Shown piece after piece: positions 20,367-30,747 of a stretch of DNA of 64,000 nt. The stretch is taken from positions 64,001 through 128,000 of the forward strand of contig JBBRSB010000007.1 of the NCBI GenBank assembly GCA_038245785.1, given 5' to 3'. Under the pieces are notes generated by a model. The model searched no databases. It was given only the letters and a program-made list of their open reading frames with translations, and had not been told where the DNA came from. Source of the DNA: Gloeobacterales cyanobacterium (GTDB lineage: Bacteria > Cyanobacteriota > Cyanobacteriia > Gloeobacterales > PMM-0068). The position numbers and the translations under genes were made by a program. How positions within the stretch are numbered: position 1 is the stretch's first letter; every line of letters begins with the position of its first letter.

Positions 20367-20468
20367 TTCTCTACTCGGTTTTACACCTTTGAACTGAGTT
20401 GTTGTTTCGCAATCTCTAGGATCGCTGGGGGAGTCCTGGCTCTGGTAATAATCGTAAGGAAAAAGATT

Positions 20469-22094
20469 ATGGTTAAGTCTTGGCTTGTAGCCGCAGCCAC
20501 GGCCTATTTGTCGAGTACAGCAGTCTTGCCTGTTGCTGCGCTGCCAGATACTTCCGTATCTAACTTGTTAGGAGACCATGCTTCTGTCAGTCAGGTAAGC
20601 TCTGTTTCAGAATTGACAGACGTGGACCCGAGTAGTTGGGCGTTTCAAGCGTTAAAGTCCTTGGTAGAGCGCTATGGCTGTGTTGAAGGATATCCCAGCA
20701 AGAAATACTTAGGCAACCGTCCTCTAAGCCGCTACGAACTTGCAGCAGGTTTGAGCGCTTGTCTAGATAAAGTAGGTGAACACATTGCAGCGGCAACGGA
20801 TTCTCTGACTCGCCAAGAAGACCTAGCAACTGTGCAGCGCATGCAGGAAGAGTTTAAGACTGAGTTATCAACTTTGCGCGGTCAAACAGATGTTTTAGAA
20901 GCTAAGACTAGAGAACTGGAGCAGCGTAGCTTCTCCCCAAACGTTAGACTCACGGGCACAGCTCTATTTGCAGCTACAGGAGGAGGTGCTGGCGATACCG
21001 TTACAAAGCTCAATGAAGATAGTGTGGGGGCCTTTGGAGACGCCGTAGGGGCTGGCGGTGTGGAAGAAGATGAAGTTGATGGCAAAGCTGCTAACGCCAC
21101 AGTCGTATCACGGACTCGTCTTGGCTTTACGTCTGTTTTCCCAGATGGTGACTTTCTATTCATCCTTCTATCAGCCTCTTCAGGAACCACGAGCGCAGAC
21201 GTTTTTGGGGGCGCTGGCGGACTTGCTTATTCCGGCGAGACAACCAATGGCCTAGGTTCTCCTGAGATAGACAGATTAGTATATAGCGGCAGGATTGGGG
21301 ACAATTTTCGTTACTTTATAGGCCCTGCGTTAGAGGCCTTTGATTATGTTGACAAAAATAGCTTTGCTGGAGAAGAAGGGTCGCGCGATTTTTCTAGTTC
21401 GGTGTTTGTTAACAATCCCCTTCTGTTTACCGTCGGTGAAGCTCCGGGCGCTTCCTTCACTTATGACTTCGCAAACAATCTCATTTTTCGGGTTGTATAC
21501 TCGGCTGCCGAAGGGGGACAGTCTTTTGGATTCGGAAGTGGAGGGCTTACAGGTGGGGGCACTCAGTTATTCACAGAGCTTGAAGTTCGTCCCTCAGAAA
21601 GTACAGCGATTCGCCTACAGTATTCCAATGCCACTGAACAAAATAAGGTCTTTGGTGCCCGTCTGCCTGGTGAGAGCATCCTCAATGCTCATCGGGATGC
21701 TTTTGGCGTAAACGCAGAATGGTTGATTACCCCAGCCCTGGGCATCTTTGGACGCTATGGCACAGCATCGATCACAGTGGCCAGCAATACGGATAGCTAT
21801 AGTCCTCTACAGGCCAACACTTTCCAAGTAGGCATAGCCTTACCCGATCTATTTGCGCCCGGAAATACTTTATCCCTAGCTGTAGGACAACCAGCTCGTG
21901 TTACCTCAGGCACGCGCAACGACTTGAGCTTGGTCCCCAGCGGTAATGAAACAGATTTTGAACTGTACTACAAGTTCCTGCTAGATAACGGCATAACCCT
22001 GACCCCAGATCTCCAAGTTATTAGTCAACCCAACAATATTGCCAATAACCCAACTTTAGTTATTGGCGCTTTGCGGGTCGTTTATCCCTTTTAA
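20469..22094 (+). CDS. cyanobacterial SLH-domain outer-membrane porin (iron-uptake/OprB type)
   Basis: SVSELTDVDPSSWAFQALKSLVERYGC SLH signature, coiled coil, beta-barrel ending in F. Confidence 0.92.
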   Translation: MVKSWLVAAATAYLSSTAVLPVAALPDTSVSNLLGDHASVSQVSSVSELTDVDPSSWAFQALKSLVERYGCVEGYPSKKYLGNRPLSRYELAAGLSACLDKVGEHIAAATDSLTRQEDLATVQRMQEEFKTELSTLRGQTDVLEAKTRELEQRSFSPNVRLTGTALFAATGGGAGDTVTKLNEDSVGAFGDAVGAGGVEEDEVDGKAANATVVSRTRLGFTSVFPDGDFLFILLSASSGTTSADVFGGAGGLAYSGETTNGLGSPEIDRLVYSGRIGDNFRYFIGPALEAFDYVDKNSFAGEEGSRDFSSSVFVNNPLLFTVGEAPGASFTYDFANNLIFRVVYSAAEGGQSFGFGSGGLTGGGTQLFTELEVRPSESTAIRLQYSNATEQNKVFGARLPGESILNAHRDAFGVNAEWLITPALGIFGRYGTASITVASNTDSYSPLQANTFQVGIALPDLFAPGNTLSLAVGQPARVTSGTRNDLSLVPSGNETDFELYYKFLLDNGITLTPDLQVISQPNNIANNPTLVIGALRVVYPF

Positions 22095-22296
22095 GTACAA
22101 CTCATTAGGAAAAAGAGGTTATGGAGCAGCAAATCATTGCGAGCACTATCAGGAGGATATTGCCGACTTTCAATGCCTTTCATCTTTTGGGACGTAGTGG
22201 AAGTGATTCTATTCCTCACAGGTGAACAGGTAGCGTGGCTTATGGGTGCGATTCTAGTATCATTAGCAGATATGTCTATTAAGGTCTCACGACGCT

Positions 22297-22854
22297 ATGC
22301 TTCAAGGCGTAAACCTCTATCTAATCGGCATGATGGGCTGCGGTAAATCCACCGTGGGCCGCGTTCTGGCAGAGGAACTTAAGTACCAGTTTTTTGACAG
22401 TGACCAACTCATAGAACAGGTGAGTAAGCAATCTGTTGCTCAAATTTTTGATGAACAAGGAGAAGTAGAATTTCGGACTTTGGAAACAGAGGTTTTGTCT
22501 AAGCTTGCGCCCTATACCCGTTTAGTCATTTCTACGGGAGGGGGTGCCGTTTTAAAACCGGAGAATTGGTCCTATCTGCACCACGGCGTCGTAGTTTGGT
22601 TGGATGTGGCGCCAGAGCTCTTATTCCAAAGAATTAAAAAAGATCCCAAGCGTCCCCTGCTACAAACCGCAGACCCTCTCCAAACCTTAAAGAATATTTT
22701 GGAACAGCGTCACTGCTTCTATAGTCAGGCGGATGTCCGAGTCGAAGTCCGTACCGATGATCCCGCGCAAAAAGTTGCTCAGCAGGTTTTAGAAAGTGTA
22801 AGGGCGCGTATAGAGCAAGATGCGCCAAATCGAGCCCAATTCTACGGTCGTTAG
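22297..22854 (+). CDS. aroK: shikimate kinase
   Basis: GMMGCGKS, FFDSD, GEVEFRTLE, STGGG, RPLL. Confidence 0.95.
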   Translation: MLQGVNLYLIGMMGCGKSTVGRVLAEELKYQFFDSDQLIEQVSKQSVAQIFDEQGEVEFRTLETEVLSKLAPYTRLVISTGGGAVLKPENWSYLHHGVVVWLDVAPELLFQRIKKDPKRPLLQTADPLQTLKNILEQRHCFYSQADVRVEVRTDDPAQKVAQQVLESVRARIEQDAPNRAQFYGR

Positions 22855-22902
22855 ATCATAGCTAAGGGCGTTAAATTATAGCTATGCACTCAGGCATGGC
22901 TA

Positions 22903-24426
22903 ATGACCACGGGTCCAGATAGCTTCTCGCTCTACTACCATCAACAGACCAAATACACTCCTGAAGGGATTGCACGCAGTGCGAAGCCTCTAGATTGGGA
23001 GAACCAGCCCTATCCCTTCAAGAGCTATCCGGTAGGCACTTCCCTCGATCTCAAGCCCTATCTCCTGCAAGCGGAGATACTCACCGAAGACCCGATCATT
23101 ATCGAAGAGCGCAAACGGATCTCAAAACTGCTCTATTTAAGTTATGGGGTAACGGCAGTCGTGCCCTATCCCGATAATCCCTTCTATATGCGCTCAGCCC
23201 CTTCTGCCGGAGGACTTTATCCAGCGGAAATTTACCTCGTCAGTCGGGGAACCCAAGGCTTTCCAGCAGGCTTATACAACTATCAAGTCAAAAACCATAG
23301 CCTGATCCGTTTTTGGGATAGTCCTGTCTGGGATAAATTTCTCCCCCCTTGCTTTTTACATCCTTATATCCGTCAAGCGACCTTAGCTTTAGTAACCACG
23401 ACCGTATTTGATCGGTCCCGCTGGCGTTACCAAGACCGAGCCTATCGCCGGGTCTACCTGGATACGGGTCACCTTTTAGGCAACATTGAACTTGCCAGTG
23501 CCTTGCTGGGGTTCCACGCTGGTCTGCTGGGCGGTTTCTATGACGATGGTTTGGCGGACCTTTTGTACCTGAATATTAAGGAGGAAGCTCCCAGTGCAGT
23601 GGTAGCTCTTCTAGAAAATCCTGGAGGAGAACGTACGGATTGGGAAGGAAGTTTAGTCCTTCCTTCTGAAAAATGTATCGATTACCCAGAGGTCGAATCG
23701 GGAGCGCTGTTGAACTTCATCCATAGCCACTCCAAAATTGGCCAATCTCCCAGGGGTCCACAGCCCGCAGAAGCTGAGCGGGATAAATACAATTTCCCCT
23801 TCTGCCTCAAAGTTTCCACAGAAGCAGAACCAATTATTTGGCAAGACAAACTGGAAGAAACGATTATTCAACGTCGCTCTACCCGCCAATTTACAGGGGA
23901 AGACCTGACAATCCGTGAACTGCAGCAGATTCTCAGTTTTACCTATCTACCCAGCAAATACGATAGCCAAGGATTCGATCCGAACCCGGAATACTTCGAC
24001 CTCTCGCTACTAGAAACTTTTGTGGCCGTCACCGGAGTTTTGGGCATTGATGAAGGTTGCTACTACTACGCCCCGCAAGCACGAGAACTGCGCCAAATTC
24101 GCTTTAAAAACTTCCGGCGAGAGATCAACTACCTCTGCCTGGGTCAGGATTTGGGACGAGATGCAGGAGCTGTCATCTTCCATACCGCTGACCTGAAAAA
24201 AGCCGTAGACCGCTACGGAGAGCGCGCCTACCGCTACTTGCATATGGATGCAGGACACCTGGGCCAACGCATCAACTTGGCAGCCATCCGCCTCGACTTA
24301 GGCGTGAGTGGGATTGCTGGCTTCTTTGATGACCAGGTGAATGAAGTCTTGGGCATCCCCGAAGACGAAGCTGTTCTATATATCACGGCGCTGGGCCGCC
24401 CATCTCGTCGGGGGAATGGCAGCTAA
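22903..24426 (+). CDS. SagB/ThcOx family tandem nitroreductase
   Basis: RSAPSAGGLYPAE, RRSTR, DAGHLGQR. Confidence 0.9.
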   Translation: MTTGPDSFSLYYHQQTKYTPEGIARSAKPLDWENQPYPFKSYPVGTSLDLKPYLLQAEILTEDPIIIEERKRISKLLYLSYGVTAVVPYPDNPFYMRSAPSAGGLYPAEIYLVSRGTQGFPAGLYNYQVKNHSLIRFWDSPVWDKFLPPCFLHPYIRQATLALVTTTVFDRSRWRYQDRAYRRVYLDTGHLLGNIELASALLGFHAGLLGGFYDDGLADLLYLNIKEEAPSAVVALLENPGGERTDWEGSLVLPSEKCIDYPEVESGALLNFIHSHSKIGQSPRGPQPAEAERDKYNFPFCLKVSTEAEPIIWQDKLEETIIQRRSTRQFTGEDLTIRELQQILSFTYLPSKYDSQGFDPNPEYFDLSLLETFVAVTGVLGIDEGCYYYAPQARELRQIRFKNFRREINYLCLGQDLGRDAGAVIFHTADLKKAVDRYGERAYRYLHMDAGHLGQRINLAAIRLDLGVSGIAGFFDDQVNEVLGIPEDEAVLYITALGRPSRRGNGS

Positions 24427-25346
24427 TGCTCGCTCACCGCAGCAACTAGCACACGGTGACGAGGAGTATTACAGGTTAGCGTCGGTTTAGTGAAGCCATT
24501 ATCGGCAATCGCTTGCTCCAGGTCAAAGGAGAAGTAATCATCCATGTAGGGTTCCGTACTCTTGAGCAGCGTCAGGATATAGGGAGGCATTTTTCCGTAA
24601 ATTTCGGACTTAGGATTCATATCCATTAGGGCGAAGTGTCCACCAGGACGAAGTACTCTCCTTGCCTCTTGAATAATCTGGATGGCAGCGGTTCGAGGAA
24701 GCTCATGGAATAGGAGACACGCGGATACGAGGTCTACAGAGGCTGAGGGTAAACCGGTGGACTCAGCAGGAGCATGGAGCCAGGTGGGAGCCGTTCGATC
24801 TGTGTCCCGTTTCTGAGAACGATACTGGGCTACGGCCAGGAAATAGGGCGACAGATCCACGCCTGTGATTTTTGCCTGTGGATAGAGGGCTTGCATTGCA
24901 AAGGTGCTCATACCCACGCTACAGCCCAAATCCAAAATATCTTGGGGCGCATTCGCTAGCTGGGCTTTGAGAATATCGTGATAGCTCTGCCGGAAGCGGG
25001 CATCCCCTTTGGCTCCTTCCTCGGGCCAGATGCGCCCATGGACAGCATAGGCCGCCACTTCCACTTCCGTTGCTGGTTCCCAGCCCAGGTTGCCCTCTTC
25101 ATAGGCATGGAAAGAGCGCACATAGTAGTCAGGATAGGAAAGATTGGGATTGTTAACTTGGTTAAACTCGGCAGTCCAATCTCTAGCGCGTAAGGCCGCT
25201 GCTTCTTGAGTCCACTGCACACCAATCGACTCGGCCCGTTTGATCATCATTTGACGGGCTTGGTGCTTTGCCAGATTAGCCAGGGGTTTGATGGAGAGGA
25301 TGCCGTTGACAAGGCGGGAGGAAAGTCTGGGAGTGGAAGCAACCAT
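24423..25346 (-). CDS. class I SAM-dependent methyltransferase
   Basis: ILDLGCSVG, GVDLSPY, FHELP, LRPGG. Confidence 0.92.
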   Translation of the reverse strand: MVASTPRLSSRLVNGILSIKPLANLAKHQARQMMIKRAESIGVQWTQEAAALRARDWTAEFNQVNNPNLSYPDYYVRSFHAYEEGNLGWEPATEVEVAAYAVHGRIWPEEGAKGDARFRQSYHDILKAQLANAPQDILDLGCSVGMSTFAMQALYPQAKITGVDLSPYFLAVAQYRSQKRDTDRTAPTWLHAPAESTGLPSASVDLVSACLLFHELPRTAAIQIIQEARRVLRPGGHFALMDMNPKSEIYGKMPPYILTLLKSTEPYMDDYFSFDLEQAIADNGFTKPTLTCNTPRHRVLVAAVSEH

Positions 25347-25450
25347 AGTAGTCCTAAGAACTGCTTTATTTTAATCGAGGGCAAGGAAGTAAGCGGGAAG
25401 GAATTGACAACCAAAATTAATTTGGGTAAGCGTAGGGTTAGATTTAATTA

Positions 25451-28294
25451 ATGGATGGTCTCACTCAAGCGCTACAACAGCATTTTGGCTTTACGGATTT
25501 TCGGGCTGGGCAGCGGCAGGTTATCGAACAGGTGCTGGCTGGGCAGCACACCCTAGCCGTTCTCCCCACGGGCCGAGGCAAATCCCTTTGCTATCAGCTC
25601 CCCGCCCTGATGGCTCCAGGAACCACGCTAGTCATCTCGCCCTTGATTGCCTTGATGCAAGACCAAGTGCAGGGTTTAGCCCGTCGCGGTATCCACCAAG
25701 CTACTTATTTAAACAGTTCGCTGAGTGCCAGTGAAGTCTATGAACGGCTACGGGGTATCCGCCAGGGTCAATACAAGTTGCTCTATGTCGCTCCGGAGCG
25801 TTTTGGCGACCCCCGCTTTCAGGAACTGCTAAACGAACTAACAATCAGCCTCTTTGTGATTGACGAAGCCCACTGTGTCAGCCAATGGGGCCACGATTTT
25901 CGGCCAGACTACCGCAACCTCGCAGGCCATCTAGATTCCCTAGGAGAAACGACGGTCTTGGCCTTGACCGCCACGGCCACTCCCCGCGTCCGCAAAGACA
26001 TCATCGCGAACCTCAGACGTCCCCTTCAAGAAGTGAGTGCGGATTTCGACCGTCCCAACCTCACATTCATCTGCCGCCAACCCTCCGACCAAAAAGCAAA
26101 AGACCGCGAAGTCCTGCGTTTGCTGAAAGAAAATTCGGGTTCCGCCATTATTTATGTCAGTAGTCGAGCAGAAGCAGACCGCCTAGGCGTTTGGTTAGAG
26201 CAGGAAGGTATGCGCACAGGAGTCTATCACGCAGGTTTAAACAATGAGACCCGTGCCCGAGTACAGGAGCAATTTCAACAGGACCAGCTCAGAATTTTGG
26301 TAGCGACCGTCGCTTTTGGCATGGGTGTGGATAAACCCGATGTCCGTCAGGTTATTCACTACAACCTTCCTACTTCTTTAGAAAATTACTATCAAGAAGC
26401 TGGACGTTCTGGACGGGATGGAGAAGCCAGCCAATGTACTTTGTTTTATGTTCCTAAAGATTACCAAATCCAGAAGTTTTTGATTGACCGAGACTATCCA
26501 GAAGAGGGAGATATCCGCACGGTTTATCGCCGCATTCATCGCAGCCCAGAACCGATTTCTAGAGAAGATATCCGGGCTGATTTTGAAACTAAAGATGAAA
26601 CCAAGGCCAATGCAGCCTTAAAGCTTTTATTAGACCAGGACTGGATCACAGAGGTCACCTCCGGTCATTACAAGACAACTCGCGCCGTCAATAGTCCCAA
26701 GATAGACCGTCGTGCCTTAGACGCCCGCCGAGAACAAACCTATATCCGGCTCAATCAGATTGTGGACTACGCCACAGGGCCGCGCTGCCGCCGTCAAGTT
26801 CTTTTGTCCTACTTTGGCCAGGATTATCACCCTCCTTGTGCCAGCTGTGATATCTGCATGGAAGGGAGAGACACTACGCCCGCCGTCGGCTCCCAGGAAT
26901 CAGACCAGATGGCCCGTGGCCTTTTAGAAGCCGTATCCCAATTTGATGGAAAATTTGGTCGCTCCACCATCAGCAAGCTTTTAACGGGCAGTCAAGCCAA
27001 ACAGATTCAGCAGTGGAATTTGAACCGTTCCCCTTGGTATGGAAAATTCAAAAATCACAGCCTAAAAGTCATAGATGACTGGCTCAAATATCTTTGTGCC
27101 CAAAAGCTGTTAGGCGTCACGATTGGCGAATATCCCAAACTTTATGTCATGAAAGAAGGACGCCAAGCCCTTACAGAAGAAGTGTGGATTGCGCTACCGG
27201 GATTGGGAGGAACTTCCCCAAAAAGCGTTAAATCATCCCTGGTCGATACCTACAGTACGCTTGCTGAGCCTGCCTTAGTCGAAGCATGCCTGGAGAGACT
27301 GCGAGAATGGCGTGGTCAGAAAGCGCGGGCTGCTGATGTTCCGCCCTTCCTGATTCTGCCGGATACTACGCTACGCCTCTTGGCCGAAAAGCAACCGCAA
27401 ACCATAGAACAGCTGCCCCAGATCAAAGGTTTAGGGCCAAAGAAAATTGAACAGTTTGGGCAGGAACTTCTAGAAATCCTGAACAGCGAAGACTTTCCTC
27501 AAGAGGAAGAAGAGCTGCACCCAAGAGAAGAGCGAGTAAGCGTAGAAGTCAGTCAAGAATTGTCCCCACTCCCGCTAGTCCCCGTTAGACAGTCTCTACC
27601 CGTGCAAGCTTCTACAACCCCAACTAAACCTGTTCCTCGCGCTGTAGGGCTCGCTATGCTGCGTGCAGTGGCTCAAAAGAGCCAATCGCGGACTCTTTTA
27701 TGTACAAGCCTACGCAAAGCTAAACCCTGCTCAGCACTTCCGGAAGATGAAGTATACAACTGCATTCATCTAATGATGGCCAAGGGCTATCTAGACCTAG
27801 AAGAAGACACTGTAGTCCTTACAGAACAGGGATACCAGGCCATTGGCCTTCAGCCGGAAGCAGCACTGACCCAGCAAGAACTGTCACAGGAAGATCCTCT
27901 AATCGAGTTGGAACGGATGGCGCAAGGAGGAGCAGTCCCTCCGCAAAAGGTGCTAGAGACTTTGCTGGCATCCCGTAGCGAACTAACCAACGAGGACTAT
28001 CTCCTACTTATCGAAGGATTAGCTTATTACCAAGTCTTAGCCCCGCTCTATCACTGGCTGGCAGAAGAATCTCAGGACCCGCTTATTCTCCAATCGTTAA
28101 TCACGGTCCTAGGGCATTTTGGAGAAGAAAAACGACTTTTGCCTCTGTTACAGCATGTAAATCCAGGGATACGCTTACACACAGTCCGCACTTTGAGTAA
28201 ATTAAGCAAGATGGAATTCTTAACAAAGGCTGCAGAACATGAAACAGATCCCCAAGTGCGGAGAGCTTACCGAGTAGCCTTGAAAAAGTGCTGA
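25451..28294 (+). CDS. recQ: RecQ family DNA helicase with RQC, HRDC and a C-terminal extension
   Basis: [35 protein letters not shown], Zn cysteines, [13 protein letters not shown]...GLGPKK. Confidence 0.93.
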   Translation: MDGLTQALQQHFGFTDFRAGQRQVIEQVLAGQHTLAVLPTGRGKSLCYQLPALMAPGTTLVISPLIALMQDQVQGLARRGIHQATYLNSSLSASEVYERLRGIRQGQYKLLYVAPERFGDPRFQELLNELTISLFVIDEAHCVSQWGHDFRPDYRNLAGHLDSLGETTVLALTATATPRVRKDIIANLRRPLQEVSADFDRPNLTFICRQPSDQKAKDREVLRLLKENSGSAIIYVSSRAEADRLGVWLEQEGMRTGVYHAGLNNETRARVQEQFQQDQLRILVATVAFGMGVDKPDVRQVIHYNLPTSLENYYQEAGRSGRDGEASQCTLFYVPKDYQIQKFLIDRDYPEEGDIRTVYRRIHRSPEPISREDIRADFETKDETKANAALKLLLDQDWITEVTSGHYKTTRAVNSPKIDRRALDARREQTYIRLNQIVDYATGPRCRRQVLLSYFGQDYHPPCASCDICMEGRDTTPAVGSQESDQMARGLLEAVSQFDGKFGRSTISKLLTGSQAKQIQQWNLNRSPWYGKFKNHSLKVIDDWLKYLCAQKLLGVTIGEYPKLYVMKEGRQALTEEVWIALPGLGGTSPKSVKSSLVDTYSTLAEPALVEACLERLREWRGQKARAADVPPFLILPDTTLRLLAEKQPQTIEQLPQIKGLGPKKIEQFGQELLEILNSEDFPQEEEELHPREERVSVEVSQELSPLPLVPVRQSLPVQASTTPTKPVPRAVGLAMLRAVAQKSQSRTLLCTSLRKAKPCSALPEDEVYNCIHLMMAKGYLDLEEDTVVLTEQGYQAIGLQPEAALTQQELSQEDPLIELERMAQGGAVPPQKVLETLLASRSELTNEDYLLLIEGLAYYQVLAPLYHWLAEESQDPLILQSLITVLGHFGEEKRLLPLLQHVNPGIRLHTVRTLSKLSKMEFLTKAAEHETDPQVRRAYRVALKKC

Positions 28295-28396
28295 AAACTC
28301 GTGCACAAATCTTATTAACTGAGGGCTACTAGCACATTGAAAACGCTCATATAGTGGTTTAGCTTGTAGATAACAAACCCGCTCCTAATCACGACT

Positions 28397-28633
28397 ATGA
28401 CCATGGTTATCATGCTTTATGGTGCAGCTACCCTATTTCTAGCGGTAGGTATAGGATTTTTATTGACCCGTACAGTTCGTATCTTTTCTGGGTCCCCCAA
28501 TCGTAGCGACTATCCGGAGCCCCCTACCCCTGTAAGTATGGTTAAGCCTCTTCAAAGTAGAGAAGAAGTGATTGCCATGCTCGAACGCCAGTTCCGAAAT
28601 AGTCCGTCTACGGATCCTAGGGACCGTAGATAA
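28397..28633 (+). CDS. small hypothetical membrane protein
   Basis: 78 aa with one N-terminal TM helix; stop overlaps the next start. Confidence 0.55.
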   Translation: MTMVIMLYGAATLFLAVGIGFLLTRTVRIFSGSPNRSDYPEPPTPVSMVKPLQSREEVIAMLERQFRNSPSTDPRDRR

Positions 28634-28938
28634 TGCGCCCAGCCCTTGACCCCCTTACATTCCCCGATGCAGCCTTCCAAGGTGACACGCTGGTAGTTAC
28701 GGTCGAAGGCCGTAATTTAGCTAACATTCATACCGCTCATGTTCGACCGGCTAAGGGGATGACGATTTCCTTAGGAGACCCCTTGGGCAAGGGCAAGCAG
28801 CCTATAAAGGCAAGTGCTGATCAATTAACCCTAACGCTTGAAATAGACCGCTCAACCCCGCCTGGAGAAAAATGGTTGTGGGTAGAGTCTGAGTATGGCA
28901 ATAGCCCTCAGCTAATGTTGATCGTCATGTTGCTGTAG
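28633..28938 (+). CDS. hypothetical protein, possible Ig-like/IPT beta-sandwich
   Basis: 101 aa; QGDTLVVTVEGRNL and alternating beta pattern; coupled to the upstream ORF. Confidence 0.55.
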   Translation: MRPALDPLTFPDAAFQGDTLVVTVEGRNLANIHTAHVRPAKGMTISLGDPLGKGKQPIKASADQLTLTLEIDRSTPPGEKWLWVESEYGNSPQLMLIVMLL

Positions 28939-28957
28939 CATCCTTTCCCCAACCCCG

Positions 28958-29575
28958 TTAAGCTTTTCTTTTGAAAGAATCAAAAAACGTTTTGACTTCA
29001 TCACTTTCTAGATCTTTAGCTTCTTTGACGGTGTAGATAATCTGATAAAGCTTGTTTTTGTCCATAATGTAATCGACACGACCATAGAACTTTTCTTGGT
29101 CCCGAACTCCTTCTACCCGTAAACTCCGATGTTTTTGGCTATCTGGAGAAGTTATATCTTTTTGAGAAGTTATCTGCCCACCATTTTTCTTGACCCGTTC
29201 TGCCAACACGTTAAACAAGTCAGTAGAGGACTTATTTTTGAGTATTTTTGTGTTAGAAAGGTCTGACACAATAACCGTGACTAGGCTGACTCCTTTGGCG
29301 AGTCGAGTCGCATTAAACGTGCTAGAAACCGCTGACTCTTCGCCAAAATCAATGAGAGAATCAGTCTTAGGGACTAGACGAAATCCCCCAGGGTAAACCA
29401 AGCTAAAATCAGAGCCTTCTGGAGAAACCGTCTTTGATTCCACAGGGACAAGACTAGATAGGGCACCACAGCTGACACAAAGCAGTAACGTCATTCCACT
29501 CAGAGCCGTCCCTAATTTGTTGAAAAGTGGACTCTTCTGGCTCCTAATCCCCCGAATATTCCCTCTAACGCTCAT
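28958..29575 (-). CDS. hypothetical lipoprotein (PsbP/DcrB-like fold possible)
   Basis: LLLCVSC lipobox-like motif; FSLVYPG...KLYQII...FFDSF. Start uncertain. Confidence 0.6.
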   Translation of the reverse strand: MSVRGNIRGIRSQKSPLFNKLGTALSGMTLLLCVSCGALSSLVPVESKTVSPEGSDFSLVYPGGFRLVPKTDSLIDFGEESAVSSTFNATRLAKGVSLVTVIVSDLSNTKILKNKSSTDLFNVLAERVKKNGGQITSQKDITSPDSQKHRSLRVEGVRDQEKFYGRVDYIMDKNKLYQIIYTVKEAKDLESDEVKTFFDSFKRKA

Positions 29576-29597
29576 TTCCCTACGGCCCCAGAACCTC

Positions 29598-30569
29598 ATG
29601 ACAGAAGACTATCACGCATCCCCCACTGAATTTACGCCTATCCCCCAAGCCCCGAAAGGATTCAAATCGGGCTTTGTCGGCATTGTCGGCAGACCCAATG
29701 TCGGAAAATCCACTTTGATGAACCGCTTAATCGGCGAGAAAGTAGCGATCACTTCTCCGGTGGCTCAGACCACCCGCAATCGATTGCAGGGGGTGCTCAC
29801 AACGCCCAATGCCCAAATCATCTTTGTGGACACGCCAGGAATTCACAAGCCCCATCATCTTTTGGGAGAAGTGCTCGTCTTCAATGCCCAGCAAGTGATC
29901 AATAGCGTGGATCTGCTGCTATTCATTGTCGATAGCACCGAACCCCCAGGCCCTGGAGATCACTTTATTGCAGAGCAACTGCAACACACCTCGGTTCCGG
30001 TCCTGATTATTGCCAATAAAGTAGACCAGCGTTCTCCCAAACGCGCCCTAGACCTGCAGCAGGGCTATCGAGAATTATTAGAGCCCTATCGAGAACCGAT
30101 TCCTGTCTCCGCGAGAACGGGTAAGGGCATGGAGAAATTACTCACCGCCATTGGCAATCGCTTACCCAAAGGCCCCTATTACTATCCACCGGACTATCTC
30201 ACTGACCAGCCAGAACGCTTCATCTGTGCAGAACTGATCCGGGAACAGGTGCTCTTGCTGACAGAACAGGAAATCCCTCACTCCGTAGCCGTAGTCATCG
30301 AATCGATGAAAGTCCGGCCTGCCCACACCCGCAAAAATTCTCCAATGATTACGCATATCCAGGCGGCTATTCATGTCGAGCGAGATTCCCAGAAAGGCAT
30401 CTTGATTGGCAAAGAAGGCCGCATGCTCAAAGAAATTGGCACTCAGTCCCGCAAACGCATGGAAAAGCTGGTGGACGGCTCCATATTTCTAGAACTCTTT
30501 GTGAAAGTAAATCCCCGCTGGCGTTCTTCGAATCAAGCCTTGAAAGAATTTGGCTACAAGAAAGAGTAA
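29598..30569 (+). CDS. era: GTPase Era
   Basis: GRPNVGKS, QTTR, DTPG, NKVD, KH motif IGKEG. ATG at 29598. Confidence 0.96.
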   Translation: MTEDYHASPTEFTPIPQAPKGFKSGFVGIVGRPNVGKSTLMNRLIGEKVAITSPVAQTTRNRLQGVLTTPNAQIIFVDTPGIHKPHHLLGEVLVFNAQQVINSVDLLLFIVDSTEPPGPGDHFIAEQLQHTSVPVLIIANKVDQRSPKRALDLQQGYRELLEPYREPIPVSARTGKGMEKLLTAIGNRLPKGPYYYPPDYLTDQPERFICAELIREQVLLLTEQEIPHSVAVVIESMKVRPAHTRKNSPMITHIQAAIHVERDSQKGILIGKEGRMLKEIGTQSRKRMEKLVDGSIFLELFVKVNPRWRSSNQALKEFGYKKE

Positions 30570-30672
30570 CCCCTCAGTCCCTCAACCCCTCAGTTCTAAT
30601 CTGGCACCCGCAACTTTCTCTTCCCAGAAAGGGCTCCCCTTGAGGGGAGCTGTCCCGCAGGGACTGAGGGGT
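30569..30672. repeat. REP/MITE-like element with 14-bp terminal inverted repeats
   Basis: ACCCCTCAGTCCCT (30569-30582) / AGGGACTGAGGGGT (30659-30672); internal GCTCCCCT-TG-AGGGGAGC hairpin. Confidence 0.7.
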
Positions 30673-30747
30673 CAGAATTCACAAAATATTGGTTGGACGG
30701 AACCCGCTCCAGAAAGGCTAGATTAGGCTTATTGGTGTGACAGGGAT

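Noticed and set aside
22903..25346. SagB/ThcOx dehydrogenase next to a methyltransferase as a RiPP cluster
   Set aside because: No YcaO, precursor peptide or transporter; the genes are convergent, and stand-alone SagB-like nitroreductases are common in cyanobacteria.
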